In this document: piece by piece, positions 27,135 through 39,087 of the stretch | How positions within the stretch are numbered: position 1 is the stretch's first letter | Layout of the letters: each line of letters opens with the position of its first letter | Origin: a virus | Lineage: Duplodnaviria > Caudoviricetes | Reading direction: 5' to 3' (one strand) | DNA: 56,850 bases | IMG/VR virus record: IMGVR_UViG_3300046171_000223 | Span: 1 to 56,850 of that record | The notes under the pieces: generated by a model | Told to the model about the DNA's origin: nothing | Seen by the model: the letters and a program-made list of their open reading frames with translations, nothing else | The model's database searches: none | Translations under genes and position numbers: made by a program

Positions 27135-28478
27135 TAGTTTCTCCCACCTAAAGCTTTGATTTTACTGGCAAGCATTTGGAAGTCAGTCTCTAGTCCTCTT
27201 CTAATAAAATTAATTTGATTAGCTTCTTCTTGCGTTGTTGGGTTTTGAGGTAAGTTCTCTGCTCTCTTCATAGTACTAATCATAATGTCTATATCCGCAA
27301 CAAGGTTTTGAACATTTAAATTATTCCTGTTGCGTGATAGATCTTGTTCAAGATTACCTTTTACTTTTGTTAAATAGTCTAAATAACGACCGTAAGATCC
27401 TGTGTTTTGAGCATTTGCTGGAGGTCTTGTGTTTGATTGAGGTTGGGGCACATTTTGAACAGGAGTCTCTGCTTTTGGTGTTTGCTCTGCTTGTCGGAGA
27501 CTCAAGGCATTAGAAGTTGCGTCAGCTATTGAAACTACTAATATCGGAATTTTCAGAAAACTGGTTGCGTTGGTTGTTGAGCAGTTTCAAGATCAGATCG
27601 GGTGTTGGCTTCTTTCTATTTGAGTACCTGTTGGCATCAGGAATTCTTCAAGTGCAGCCTGTAAGCTAATAGACCGTTTAGATGCAGGGATAGATAAAAT
27701 CATATCCCGAATCTGTTGATCAGTCTTTGGTGCTCGACCTTCAAGATATCCATCTACGCCTATAAACTCACTCCGCACACCTTTCCGATGGAACTTGATG
27801 AAATCCTCTGCACTGGTCCTATCTGGTTCTTTGGTATATTTTCCTGTGACTCCTGTTACTTTACTGCTACTGGGTTTCGGCCCTAACATTCTGTAACAAC
27901 AACCTCATATCTTCATTAGTTGTTGCATTATTAATTAATTTATTGCGTAACTCACCCTGCTCAAACGGAATCTTTTCCATTACAGATAGAGTTTGATTAA
28001 ACAGTCTATCTTGAGCTTTTCTGAGCTTCTGCTTGTGTCTTTGCTTGTTGTTGTGCCGTATATGCAGTGGCTTGAGCAGAAGCTAGACCGTCCACCGCTG
28101 TAAGCAATCTCAGGTGTCATTTCTCCGATAGATTTAAAGGCGTTCGCATCATACGGAGCACCAGTTTGGATCGCTTTTAAATTAATTTCAGCAAGCTGCA
28201 AATAAAGCGCATTTTGCTTCATCCTGTGGTGCTTTAGCAATTTTGCGTTTCAGTTCTGCAGTTCTTGCTTTTTAACTGATCTAAGTTTAACCCTGCTGTT
28301 TCAGAAGCAATAGCAGAAGCTTCCATCCCCACTCTGAACACTCTGTTGCATTGATTCCAAACCCATACTTCGGAATCAGATCTGCTCTAGATTGTCCGTA
28401 GGTATTCTGCCAGTTTTGCAGTGCTTGTTGCTTTGCTTGATTATTATCTAGACCGTTTATGAATTGCAGACCAGCCAT
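27134..28478 (-). CDS. Putative internal virion protein, fragmented by frameshifts
   Basis: Co-linear fragments 28287..28478, 27980..28240, 27593..27889 and 27134..27505. Confidence 0.5.
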
Positions 28479-29191
28479 TGCACTTTGACTGATCTGGTCC
28501 GTAGGTGTTTGTTGGCAATCGACAGAGCAGCAGAGTCGTTGACTAGTTTCTCACCGAACAGACCTGTCGCATTCTGCCAACTAGGAAGAGATTTGATCCG
28601 GTCTGAAATTTGTGAGGCTGTTGCGTTTTTTATAGTCAAAGTAATTTTCATTCTTTTGGTTTAAAGTCTCCCATTGAGTCTTTAAGATATGTCTTCTGTT
28701 GCATATCCGCTTTGATTTCATCCATCAAATCTTGTTTTGCCTGTGCTGCGGCTGCTTGTGAGTACATCCCATACGCCTGAAGGGCCCGTATTTGATCGTA
28801 GACCCCAACCGTGCCATGTCAGACGGTTTGTTGTAGTACGGGTTACTGCCAGACGGTTCGGTTCCCCCCAATATTCGGGAACAGGTTCATCAATGTGGAC
28901 GCACCAGCAGAACCTAGTTGTGAAACCTGCGATTGCACCTTGCGGTGTCCCTGTAGAAATACCCCCGGCAATTGCACCCACCGATTTGTCCGATTGTTTG
29001 TAGGGTCCTGACCAAACGCACCGTGCTGAGAAGCTTTGCGCCTTTGCTCTTCCTGTCTGCGCCTTTCCGCTTCTCTTCGTTGACGTTCTTCTTCTAGTGC
29101 TTTTTCTTGAAAATACCTGTTGGTTCTTATCTCTTTGATACTGAGAATAAAGCTGCATCCCCAGTGTTCCTGAGTTTCCGTATCGTGCCAT
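28457..29191 (-). CDS. Putative internal virion (pilot-like) protein, frameshifted
   Basis: MARYGNSG start coupled to upstream stop; Gly/Ala-rich GAIAGG segments; 3' end uncertain. Confidence 0.5.
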
Positions 29192-31726
29192 TAGTCTATC
29201 CCATAATTAGAGAGTTCATCCTTCAACCAATCTGGTACGTCTTCGTTCCTATCTTTAAACATATTCTCTAGTGTTATGTAATTAAACTTGTCAGAATTTA
29301 GATCCTGATTGAAATCAAGAATCGATTCGGTCGCATCTTTGCCCTTCCTGATTTGCAGTATTTCGGAGGTTACCAAAGGCATCAAACTCATAACCTAAAT
29401 TCTGGAATTTTTGACGATAGAAATCATTATTCAACCCTAGTTTAGTGTTGAACTGAGTTTGATCTGCTCCAATACCTGTCAGGTTTGTATCCAAAACGGT
29501 ATTTAAACCAGACACACCTAAGTCCGCTTGATTCTTGTTTGCATTATAGATCTGACCGATCATATCTCGTCTAGTATTTAGCCCCCTCTAGTTTTACTCC
29601 ATACAGTGAATCCAGAGCATTCATCTGCTGGCCCCCATCGAATTCATGACTTGCCTGATAGGCGTTACCTGCAGAATTCAGAGCAGTGGTTCGGGTTGCC
29701 CCAGCATCTGCTGGCCCAATCCGTAGGAGTCCAGAATCGCTTGACGGTTTGCAGAGCGTTGAGCGTCAGATCTAGATTTCGCCAAGTCCATCATTGCAGA
29801 CGTATAAGCTGGTGAAGAGGTGTCCATTCCAGCGTTGGCGTACATCTCCTGCAAAGAAATCTCTTGCAGATCGTGAGGATCTATCTATCTGATCTGTAGC
29901 ATCCGCATAGAGTAGGTTCTTTAATTTGGTATAGTAATTTTGATCTCCTGCATCTGCGGCAACATCCATTGCTGCATCGGCTACTGTCCCAAGTTTCCCT
30001 CTAGTGGTTGCCATTTCACCACCTGAACTAACTTGAACTCCATCTTTTTCTAATGCGCCTGTATCCTCATTGACCCGTAAACTCTTCACCATTTGGCCCT
30101 GTAAACGTCCCATCTTCATTTTTCCGGTAACCGAATTGGGACGCATTTGCTGAGTTTAATGGTACTCCCCCCCGATTAGTGGAGACAGCGCAGTTTCATA
30201 GTCTCTGTACGCCTGATCATACAGACCACCCTCACCCCCTAATGCTGTGATGTCCTTTGTAAAAGTCTCAGCAGCAAGTCTCAAGATCACTTTGATAGTC
30301 TAAAAAGCCTTTGATGGGGTTACCGTCAGGATCAAGAATGTCGTTTCCTTCAGCATCCTTTCCGGTAAGAAATTGAGTTAGTTGAGCGTTGATTTGTCCT
30401 GCAAAATCTTGCTCATCGAATTCGGCTAAAGTGTCGGTTGCGAATTGATCATAGTCATCTCGTAAGCCCACCTATCTCATCAGCGAGTCCTTGCTGATCC
30501 TGAAAGAGTTGATCTTCCGTATCCTGCATCTGGTCGGCACGTTCGCGGCAATCCCACCTACGCCTAAAACGCTCCCCGTCTTTCTCTCCTCCAACATAAA
30601 TGACCTGATTATTATCCGCATCAACTGCGAATTCTTGCGAGGTAGTGTTCCCTGCTTCGTCTGTAGTAAGTAAGTAATATTTTTTAGAACCATCTTGCTG
30701 GACTTGTTCTTCGTATTCAACATTGTCGTTTTCATCTGCATAATCTCTTAGACTTTCTAAATCACTACTACCTAAAACCGTGTCACTTGCAGCATCTTGT
30801 GCAGATTGCTGGGGTGTGTCTGCAGTGGGCAACGGAAAACAGTGGTTTGGTCAGTGGGAGTTATCCCCGTATTGCTGTTTATTAGGGATTAAAACCTGTG
30901 CCAGTTCCATCTCCAGTTCCATCTCCAGTTCCATCTCCAGTTCCATCTCCAGTTCCATCGCCAGTTCCATCTCCAGTTCCATCTCCAGTTCCATCTCCAG
31001 TTCCAGTATTATCGTCATTAGAAGGAGTGTTGTTAATTAGTATATCCCCTAATTCTTTTGTGTCAGAGTCTTGTGCATCGCTCTGGGCTTGAGTTAAAAG
31101 TACTTGAAATTGCTGACGATCTTCTCCAGATTGTTTCCAAGTATCTGCTAAATTAGTAATGGTATTAGAAACAGCAGTAGCATCTCCCCAATTTTTATTT
31201 TCTAAATAAGTTTGAATTTCTGCTGGCGTTGCCCCGTAAGACTCAAGGTTTGTAACTAAAGTGTCTAAGTTAGTGGTGTAATCTCGTACAGACGAAAGAT
31301 TTCGGTATTTAGAAACATACTTACTTTGGCTACTATTAGGATCGACGTTTCCACGACCATATGCCCCTAGAATAGCATAAATTTGTTCTTTACTTGCATT
31401 CTCAAATTCTTCCCAAGAATCAGCTATCCCTGTTGACTTTAGTTGGTCTAAAGTTAGTATCGAACTAGATTTAATAAACTTTTTTAAATAGTCTAAATCT
31501 TGAATTTGCTCCTTGGAAAAAGTACCCGTAAAGTTTCGATTTCCGTCAATAACAGGAGTTACGAAAACTACGCTCAAATCGAATACCTAACGCATCAATT
31601 CTATTATTAAGGTACTGAGGGTCATATGGCCCCTGACCCGACCATTTTTTTTTGCATGTTGTTCCAATCAACACTATTGGAACCTACATCCAGTGATTTG
31701 TAATATTTTGAATAATCGACTGCCAT
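29191..31726 (-). CDS. Large virion protein with TGDG repeat, fragmented by frameshifts
   Basis: ATG 31726 (MAVDYSKY) with GGAGG RBS; several co-linear acidic ORF fragments to stop at 29191. Confidence 0.55.
30901..31007. repeat. 12-bp tandem repeat (CCAGTTCCATCT), 8 full units plus a partial; encodes (TGDG)n
   Basis: Directly visible; one unit variant ends in CG. Confidence 0.95.
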
Positions 31727-31727
31727 T

Positions 31728-34700
31728 TTAACTTTCCTCCGCTTGAGGTCGCATTGCTTGTTGTTCCCAGATCCCCTAACGTGACATCTGTTTCTACAAT
31801 ATAAACTTTACCACCATCCTCTGGATTTACATGTGTGTACTGAAGCACATGACCGATTGTTACCAGAAGGAAAAATAGGCTTTTTCAGTAACAGTGTTGG
31901 TCGTGCTAAAGTTGTAGGTTCCGATACTTGTACCATCTAAAAACCACTCAAGATCAACATCACCTTTATACGTTATCTGAAACTCAGCGTGAGTCCCGAA
32001 TCCCCCGATAAAATCGTGGTGGTAACGCTACAAACCTAGTCCAAAGCAACTCGACATCATCTGTTGATGTGCCATTATTGTAGATATGGGGGATGTAAAC
32101 CGTATGATAGCGGGTTAAAATAGATTCGGGCTACATCTACATTTTGCTGAGTAGTAATAGTGTAGGTTTGTGTCTGGGGAGATCCGTCTAGAAAAATCTT
32201 GGGAACTAGACTTCCACTACCCCGAAAGCCGTACTCCGCATAATGAAACAGTTGCTGCTGGGGCAAAGCTTTCAATCGGAACAGCCTCAAAGTTTTCATT
32301 CTGTAGATTGATCGCAGACGCAGTTTCCATATGCGAAATATAACCGGATACCGATGCTGGTAGCGTCATCCGTCTGCCACGAAACGTGTTATGAAACGGA
32401 AGGGCTATCGTGCTAATCAGACTCCCCATCAACGCTAATAATGACGGTGGGTTGCCCGCTATATTCCAATCGGGAATGCGGAGTATACGCTACGTTGCAT
32501 CGGGGGAAAATTACTTTGTATGGCTGTTTGCAGTGCTGCTAAGTCGGCAGCATTTAGGACAAGGCTCAGAAGTAGATCGAATTGAGCCTGAATGTTGGAA
32601 GTGTTATCGAAAACTTGTTGAAAAGACTCTCTGACTTTTTGATCGTCCTAAAAGAAAATAAGTTTCAAAATCTGCATTTCTGGAAACTGTCATGTTGCCA
32701 CTATCTCATAATCAGTGTCGATCCAATCTATGATTCCGTTCCAATCACGCACTTCAACCCACCAAGTATCTGCCATCGGCAGTCCATAAGCATTTGTGCG
32801 GCTTGCTGGCAGAAAAACACGTTTTGGTTCAGATTCTAAACCGGACGTAATCGTTACCGGAAAATCATAGGAAATCGTTTTATAACTGTAATAACTAAAC
32901 ACCGTTATAAGTAGATCTTGGTACAGAGTTAAATTCGTAAATTGTACCTGTGGTTGACTGCTCCCAAACACACCACCCGGAATGATTTCACTTTGTGCGT
33001 TTGGCGCAGTATATTGAGTGATTGAATTGATTACGAAAGAGGTGGTTGTGGACGAAAACCGTCATCCCAGATTGTAAACTAGTGTTTTGCCAATATCCGC
33101 TTTCTCCCGTGTAGATATAGACCGGCCCACCGGAAATAAAATATTCAGACAAATTTCTTGAAATTGCTCTTCCATCTAAATAAATACGAATATTACCATT
33201 GCCGTTACCATTAATAGTCACACTGCGAATCAGTTTTAGCGTACCAAATGCACCCCCAATCAAAACCCCGTGTTGTGTAGTTTAGCGGCAACCGTTGACC
33301 TGTATTCCCTTCAATAAATTCCTCTACGAGAATACAGTTTGTTTTCAGAGGGTTTATAGACTAGTACACTTGGGAGGGGTGTAGGTTGTACCGGAGAGGC
33401 TATTTGTCGGTTTTGCGGGTCCCATCTTCGTTCAAGTCAATTCCAATAATCGGAAACCCCGTTAGCGAGAAATCAACGATATAGCCTTTTTTCTGTAACC
33501 CCGTTGATGACGTAATACTTATCATTAAACTGACTAGCATTGATATTTGCACCAGCATTTTAAAATATCTAAATCCTCAAAACGTCCCTCTTGTCAGGTT
33601 GGTTACTTTTGACCCATCGTAAAAACAAATACCAGATTGTGATACCCCAAACTAGATAGCTTCCGACCAGTGCGATGCTTCGTTCTTCGTTTGCCAATAA
33701 ACCTTCCGTGGTGGCTAACTTGATCTTTCGCATTTCATTAGGTCGTGATCCAAAAACCCGGTAGGTTGCATTCTTTGTCCAAACGATCAATTCACCGGGG
33801 TACGAATGAATGCCAGTGATCTCCTCATCGAACTGGACATAACTACCCGTATCCCAGTTACGAGGGTTGTTGTAATCACTGACGAAAAGGAAACTTCCAG
33901 CTTTATTATCCCCTCCTCCGTAGTAACTAGTATTTGTTCTATCTGTACCAACTCCGAAGAAGAAATTGTTAGACTCTTCAAGAAACTTTAAATAGTCAGG
34001 AACACCTGTCAATGTGCCACTGGAATCCAACCCTCCACATCCTAGTCCATTGGGCCACCCTTCCAGAAAATCACACTCCCCACTCAAATAGGTTCCATTC
34101 CCATCATCTAAATCAAACACGTCAAAGCAACGAGTCAGGGCAAAAGTTCCAGTAATGGCGATATTTGTGGGATGAGGTTCGATCACTCGGACAGATAGTC
34201 GAAAATCTGCAGCTTGATACCGTTGGTCAGCACCATCAACTAACGTAAAATAAGGAGCAGGACTTGCGTTTCCAGCAAATTCATATGACCCGGAAACGCT
34301 AGAACTCGTTGAACCGTTGACGCTAACTTTTGTATCCTGATAGGCCACCCAACTGACAGTGTAGGTTTTTGTAGAGTCTAAGTTACTGAGTGAAATCTGT
34401 TTTGAGGTTGCATTGTAGCTAAAGAAATTCGGCACTCCCGTAGTCGGGTCATAGCTAGTCGGTACGAAATAACATAGATCAACACTTGATCTGGAGTCTC
34501 TACGTTCCAGCCGATAGCAGACTAATGGGTCAGAGCCAGAATAGGATGACGGTGCAGTGACATTAAATGTCAGACGTTGGGGTGTGTGAACGTAGTCACC
34601 ACCGGAATGATTGCCTCCGAAAATATACGAATTATTGGTAGCTAATGAAGCTAATCGATAGGTCTGCGATAAACTGGGAATATATTGATTCGACACTTCT

Positions 34701-36595
34701 CGCACAGTGCGAAAATAATAACCACTTCCGCTAACCGATAAATCTCGGCCCTGTTCTAACCATCCATTTGAAAATGCAGGACTACTATCTCCAACATCTG
34801 CATCGGTTACTTTGATGATATAAAGTTTACTCCGGGCATCATCGTAATAGTAGGCTGGAGTTGCTGGAACGTAGGCAACCTGTCTCTGCTCGGTTTTTGG
34901 CCCGGAATAGGAATAGTAGTAGTAGTTGTCAGTGTGATTCTGGTACGAATAATTATGATAAGTGTTTGTATGATCTGTAAGAGCGTTGGCAGTATAAGTA
35001 TTGGTATGATTTGAAAAGGTGTAAGAGGTCGTAGTAACGCTTCCAGAGACATAGTATCTGTCAGAGTTTGAACTGTTTTGACTTGCTGTAGATATTAGGG
35101 AACCTCGGTTTAGGGTAAAAGAATTACCCTGAGACGTTCCAGTGCGTGAAGTGACTGCGTCTGCAGCAGACTTGGTACTGAATGATATAATGCCCGGATT
35201 ATACCCACCATACTGTGCTTGAACTTCATAACCAGAAATCTGACCATTTATGACGACAGCAGTAACTCTCCAAAATATAGTGCTATCATTAGAAGCAGAG
35301 GGTAACTGGCTGGTGCTTGAAGTTCCTGATGACCTTTCCAGCAGGTTTCCAGAGTTTCCTAATGCCCAGAGTTCTTGCGTGTTACTGGTACTTCCTGCAA
35401 TATTCCGAAACCATTTGTAGTAGGTGTTGCCACCGTAAGCAAAAGTTGCGCTTGCAGGATCTTGATTGTAGGTATCTCCGTTACTCCAACTATAGGATTG
35501 GTAGTTTGTGGTAGTAACATTGATGGCAGAAGCAGTAGACGAACTGAGTGATTTGAGGTTACCAGAAGAAGCGTTATTTACTTTAGCGGCATATAATGTA
35601 ACGTTAGCACTATTTGGAACGCTTTTTGTCCACTCATAATAATCTGTAGAATTGATCGTAGTAACCGTTGTGGTCTCCGAATACGTTGCTGAATCATACC
35701 ACGAATACGAATTGTAATTGGTAGCAGTAACTGTAATCGGGGAAGACTGCGATGAGGTTCGGGTTGTTAAGGGAGTTGTAGGCGCTGTACTTAAAGTTCC
35801 GTTAGCCCAGTATTCATCTAATGACCCGTTCTGATACCAACGATAACGTCCGTCTTCCTGATGGTTACCTGAATCTTGATAGTAGTAGGGGTTGAATTTT
35901 GTTGCATCCCCAATCGTAACGGTTATGTTTCCGGTGTTGAGGGTAGATCTTGTATAAAGATTGTCCCCGGAATAACGGTAATAAACCGTAGTGTCACCGG
36001 TTTTCTGCCACGTTTCATAGGTGTTGGTCAAATACGGCTGTTGATTAGCAGTACCTGTTTGTGAGTAATTGAATTCAGCCGCATTGGAATTGACCCCGGC
36101 TACATCAACTGTCACGGTCTGTGTGGTTGCTGATTGAGATGGGATGGCAGCAATCAGTGCGGTGTTATTGTTGTTTTCAATGTCTACTTCTACTGTGACT
36201 GCGTCCGGTGGGTCAAACGCAAGAGGTGCAGGAGTAGAAGAACCATCACGGAAAATCTGAAGATCCCCTGTGCTTCCTGCTCCTGCTAATGAAACGTACA
36301 GATCCCGATTCCAGACTGCAAAATCTGTCGCATACTGAATATAGGGTTCGTTTGGCGTACCAGAATCGTCTTCCTGATATTTACTGACCCAACGTCCGGT
36401 AGAGACACCGGAGTCATACCAGAAACTGCCATAAGCGCGATTTGCAGATAAACGGTCTGTTTCAAACCGTCCTTGCAGTCGAACAGCCGACAGGTCAAGA
36501 TCTGTTCCGTCTTGTCCTTGAGAATCCCCAATCATATGCGGAGAGATCTTTGTATTGATCCCCCCTCTAAAATCGACTAAGCGTTGTTTAGCCAT
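31728..36595 (-). CDS. Tail nozzle/stabilisation-like protein (~1600 aa) with large insertion; 3' part frameshifted
   Basis: N-terminal DFRGGIN...SPHMI typical of podoviral nozzle proteins; propeller-like segments (SDYNNPRNW, ITGIHSYPGELIVWT); fragments continue to TAA at 31728. Confidence 0.65.
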
Positions 36596-36727
36596 TTACT
36601 TTTTCTTTTTGCCTTTCATTTTAGCGGCAGTAATAACGTCACCTCTGGTAATCTTATTTTTTGGTGCTTTCATTGCTGCTAATTTTTTCTGTCGTGGTGT
36701 CATTGCTTTTTTCTTTTGACCGTACAT
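36596..36727 (-). CDS. Small basic protein (43 aa)
   Basis: MYGQKKKAMTPRQKKLAAMKAPKNKITRGDVITAAKMKGKKKK; coupled on both sides. Confidence 0.7.
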   Translation of the reverse strand: MYGQKKKAMTPRQKKLAAMKAPKNKITRGDVITAAKMKGKKKK

Positions 36728-36948
36728 CATTTACCTTTCTTCCAACTGATTCGTTTAGAACTGGTTTTGGTTTTTGCCTTGGAATTACACTGGGCTTTAG
36801 TAGGTCGGCAGGCTGGGTAGGGTCGCTTTGACTTACCTTTCACAGACTTACGTCCGCACGGTTTTCCTGTCTTGCAGTCTATCCAGCCTCGACCATTATT
36901 TTGAGAGAACCAAGTGCGTAAAGAATTACTTTTACTTTTTAGTGCCAC
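36727..36948 (-). CDS. Small basic Cys-containing protein (DUF5872-like C-terminal half)
   Basis: GTG start; LRTWF...GWIDCKTGKPCGR...YPACRP. Confidence 0.7.
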   Translation of the reverse strand: MALKSKSNSLRTWFSQNNGRGWIDCKTGKPCGRKSVKGKSKRPYPACRPTKAQCNSKAKTKTSSKRISWKKGK

Positions 36949-37090
36949 TTTTGTTTCCCCAGTTTTTAGCGCCAACCTTACGGCACGTTGAAAGTGCGCC
37001 ACTAGCGTAAGCTGAAGGCCAAACCTTGTAGCGACTTTTAACTTTGTGGTAGCAAGCGTCTTTGGGTTTGCTCTTTTTCTTAACAGCCAT
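36932..37090 (-). CDS. Small basic protein (DUF5872-like N-terminal half, 52 aa)
   Basis: DACYHKVKSRYKVWPSAYASGALSTCRKVGAKNWG. Confidence 0.75.
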   Translation of the reverse strand: MAVKKKSKPKDACYHKVKSRYKVWPSAYASGALSTCRKVGAKNWGNKSGTKK

Positions 37091-37117
37091 AATTACAACC
37101 TGTAATCAGTTTTAATT

Positions 37118-37276
37118 TCATTTGCCCTTCATCTTAGGTTTCATTTTAGGCTTCATTCGATTCGGGGTAGGAATCACACCGGCTTTTCCCTTCATCATTG
37201 TCTTCTTCTTTGCTTTCATTGCTGCAGCTTTCCCGGCTTTTGTGTAGGGGAACTTTTTTCCGTTGACCATTGGCAT
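37118..37276 (-). CDS. Small Lys/Met-rich protein (52 aa)
   Basis: MPMVNGKKFPYTKAGKAAAMKAKKK...MKPKMKPKMKGK. Confidence 0.7.
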   Translation of the reverse strand: MPMVNGKKFPYTKAGKAAAMKAKKKTMMKGKAGVIPTPNRMKPKMKPKMKGK

Positions 37277-37287
37277 GTTTAGACCCT

Positions 37288-37359
37288 TTATTTACGTTTA
37301 TGAGAACACTTCATTTTGCCACACTTTGAACATTTCTTACCTTTCTTTGCACCGTACAT
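37288..37359 (-). CDS. Very small basic peptide (23 aa) with CxxC...CxH
   Basis: MYGAKKGKKCSKCGKMKCSHKRK; abuts the endolysin stop; GGAG upstream. Confidence 0.5.
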   Translation of the reverse strand: MYGAKKGKKCSKCGKMKCSHKRK

Positions 37360-37740
37360 TTAATAACTCCAGATAGTTGGGTTTTGGCGTAGGTCGGCAT
37401 GAAGGAAGCGATTTTCAAACTGACCTTTTTGGGAAACTCCGATTCCAGTGAAACCATGTTTGATCAATAATTTTAGAAGCTTAACTGCTTCCTCCCCAAA
37501 ACATAGAATGTCCACAGCATTTCCTCGTCCATGTTCTCCCGGTTTCATTTTCTTATTTTCAATAGGATGAAGTTCTGGATCACGATATGCAGATGATATA
37601 TTCATTGGGTGACCGTACTCCTCACGCACTAACTCAAGCCGATCCAACAGTTCAACTTGCATCTCACAATGGCCTGATGCCGAACATTGAAGTTCTTGAC
37701 GAGAGAAATGCTTAGAAGAATCAGTTGTTTGCATTGGCAT
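37360..37740 (-). CDS. Endolysin, peptidase M15 family
   Basis: HFSRQELQC, ISSAYR, HGRGNAVDI, FLHAD. Confidence 0.88.
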   Translation of the reverse strand: MPMQTTDSSKHFSRQELQCSASGHCEMQVELLDRLELVREEYGHPMNISSAYRDPELHPIENKKMKPGEHGRGNAVDILCFGEEAVKLLKLLIKHGFTGIGVSQKGQFENRFLHADLRQNPTIWSY

Positions 37741-38125
37741 TACTCCATTTATTTTTGAATAGCTTGGTAACACTGCGAATTCCAAAACTAGCAGCAATGA
37801 TTACGGAAAGAGAAACCTGATACCACTTTGGCATTGAATCTAATTGGGCAAAGCCTTGCTGAACCACACCGTCCATACCCGGAATAAACGCTAGTATCAT
37901 TGGAATTGAAAAAAGTATTGTTAACCACTCATCTTTCCAAGAATTTTGAGAACCCTTAATGGCTTCCAAATCCCAATCTATTTCTGCAGTGGCCTTTTTC
38001 TCATAAACTATTGCCTCTGCATTCTTCAATGCTACTTCGGCTGCTGTCTTTGCTCTAGATTTTTCGACAGTCCCTTCTAGCCATGTAGTCGCTAGTGACG
38101 CAAGAGGTGCAAGGAGTTGAATCAT
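37721..38125 (-). CDS. Putative holin-like membrane protein
   Basis: SWKDEW...two TM helices...SFGIR; adjacent to endolysin. Confidence 0.65.
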   Translation of the reverse strand: MIQLLAPLASLATTWLEGTVEKSRAKTAAEVALKNAEAIVYEKKATAEIDWDLEAIKGSQNSWKDEWLTILFSIPMILAFIPGMDGVVQQGFAQLDSMPKWYQVSLSVIIAASFGIRSVTKLFKNKWSNANANN

Positions 38126-38126
38126 G

Positions 38127-38459
38127 TCAGCTAGACTTTATAACGTTTAAACAGATCTTTGCGTACTCCTCCCCAAAAGCAGTTCTGTCTTCATAGGACA
38201 TATTCATCACCTCTGGTTGCGAGAAATTGCTGCGGTAGTTGTCGATCATGCAGCTACAGTTTTGAATAGACATTTGCAGTGCGAACTGATGAGGAGCACC
38301 GTTTCCCATATATTTCAGCTTTAACTGTTCAGAACACTGATAGACCCACTGCAGTAAGAATATCGTCTGATATTCGTTAGACCCTTCATGGGCTGGCGCA
38401 ATTGGGGGCATTGCACAGATAGATAATGATAGTACGAGAACAAGTATAAGATTTTTCAT
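38127..38459 (-). CDS. Exported hypothetical protein
   Basis: Signal-peptide-like N-terminus; four Cys in mature part. Confidence 0.65.
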   Translation of the reverse strand: MKNLILVLVLSLSICAMPPIAPAHEGSNEYQTIFLLQWVYQCSEQLKLKYMGNGAPHQFALQMSIQNCSCMIDNYRSNFSQPEVMNMSYEDRTAFGEEYAKICLNVIKSS

Positions 38460-38461
38460 GA

Positions 38462-38737
38462 TCACCATTTTGACTTATTAGCCCAGTAAGCTGCAGACAT
38501 TTTGCCTTTAGCAATGTTTTTCGCGTGTCTAGCTTTGAAGGACTTTCGTTTCGCTTTCATTCGTGCAGATTCACCAGCTTTGGGTTTTCCTGCGGTTTTA
38601 GAACCCTGCTCACCAAATCGAATCACCTTTTCTTTACCACCAGAACAGGCTTTGACAACGTGCGATTTCTTGGGATGAGAGGGAGTACGCTTTGGACTGT
38701 TGCACTTCATTTCCGATTTATTGACTCTGCTAGCCAC
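38462..38737 (-). CDS. Basic protein (DUF5754-like)
   Basis: KKSHVV...IRFGEQG...RKSFKARH...SAAYWANKSKW; GTG start after GGAG. Confidence 0.7.
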   Translation of the reverse strand: MASRVNKSEMKCNSPKRTPSHPKKSHVVKACSGGKEKVIRFGEQGSKTAGKPKAGESARMKAKRKSFKARHAKNIAKGKMSAAYWANKSKW

Positions 38738-39017
38738 GGTTCTTCTCCATGTGCATAATTGATTCATGGAGACTTGTAATAGCAACTCTCATCTCACTTA
38801 GCGTAATGTTTGTCTGCTCCATCGTTTTAATCAAAGCTGCATTAGACTCCCTCATAAGTGATCTCAATTCGTCATCATTGCGGCTATCTTTGTCAAGATG
38901 GATTTTTCTCTCTTCTGCAAACCCTCTAAGCAAGTAAACAATAAGGTATCCTGCGAATGCCAGAGATGCCATTGTTCCGCCAAGATCTCCCAATATTTGA
39001 ACAAAATCTTCTGGCAT
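38730..39017 (-). CDS. Single-TM coiled-coil protein (holin/antiholin-like)
   Basis: N-terminal TM helix followed by coiled coil, in the lysis cluster. Confidence 0.6.
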   Translation of the reverse strand: MPEDFVQILGDLGGTMASLAFAGYLIVYLLRGFAEERKIHLDKDSRNDDELRSLMRESNAALIKTMEQTNITLSEMRVAITSLHESIMHMEKNRG

Positions 39018-39087
39018 AGTTGTACTCGGTGTAAGTTAGTGAAATTCTTATAGGTTGACAGTTTACTAGCGTATGCTAGTGATTTTG

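Noticed and set aside
25600-33650. Stop-codon reassignment as the cause of ORF fragmentation
   Set aside because: Fragments change frame rather than being split by one in-frame stop type, and TAA, TAG and TGA all end intact genes elsewhere
39055-39080. Plus-strand promoter TTGACA...TATGCT in the tail region
   Set aside because: Spacing is only 11 bp; the ACTAGC-gtat-GCTAGT palindrome is more likely a minus-strand hairpin
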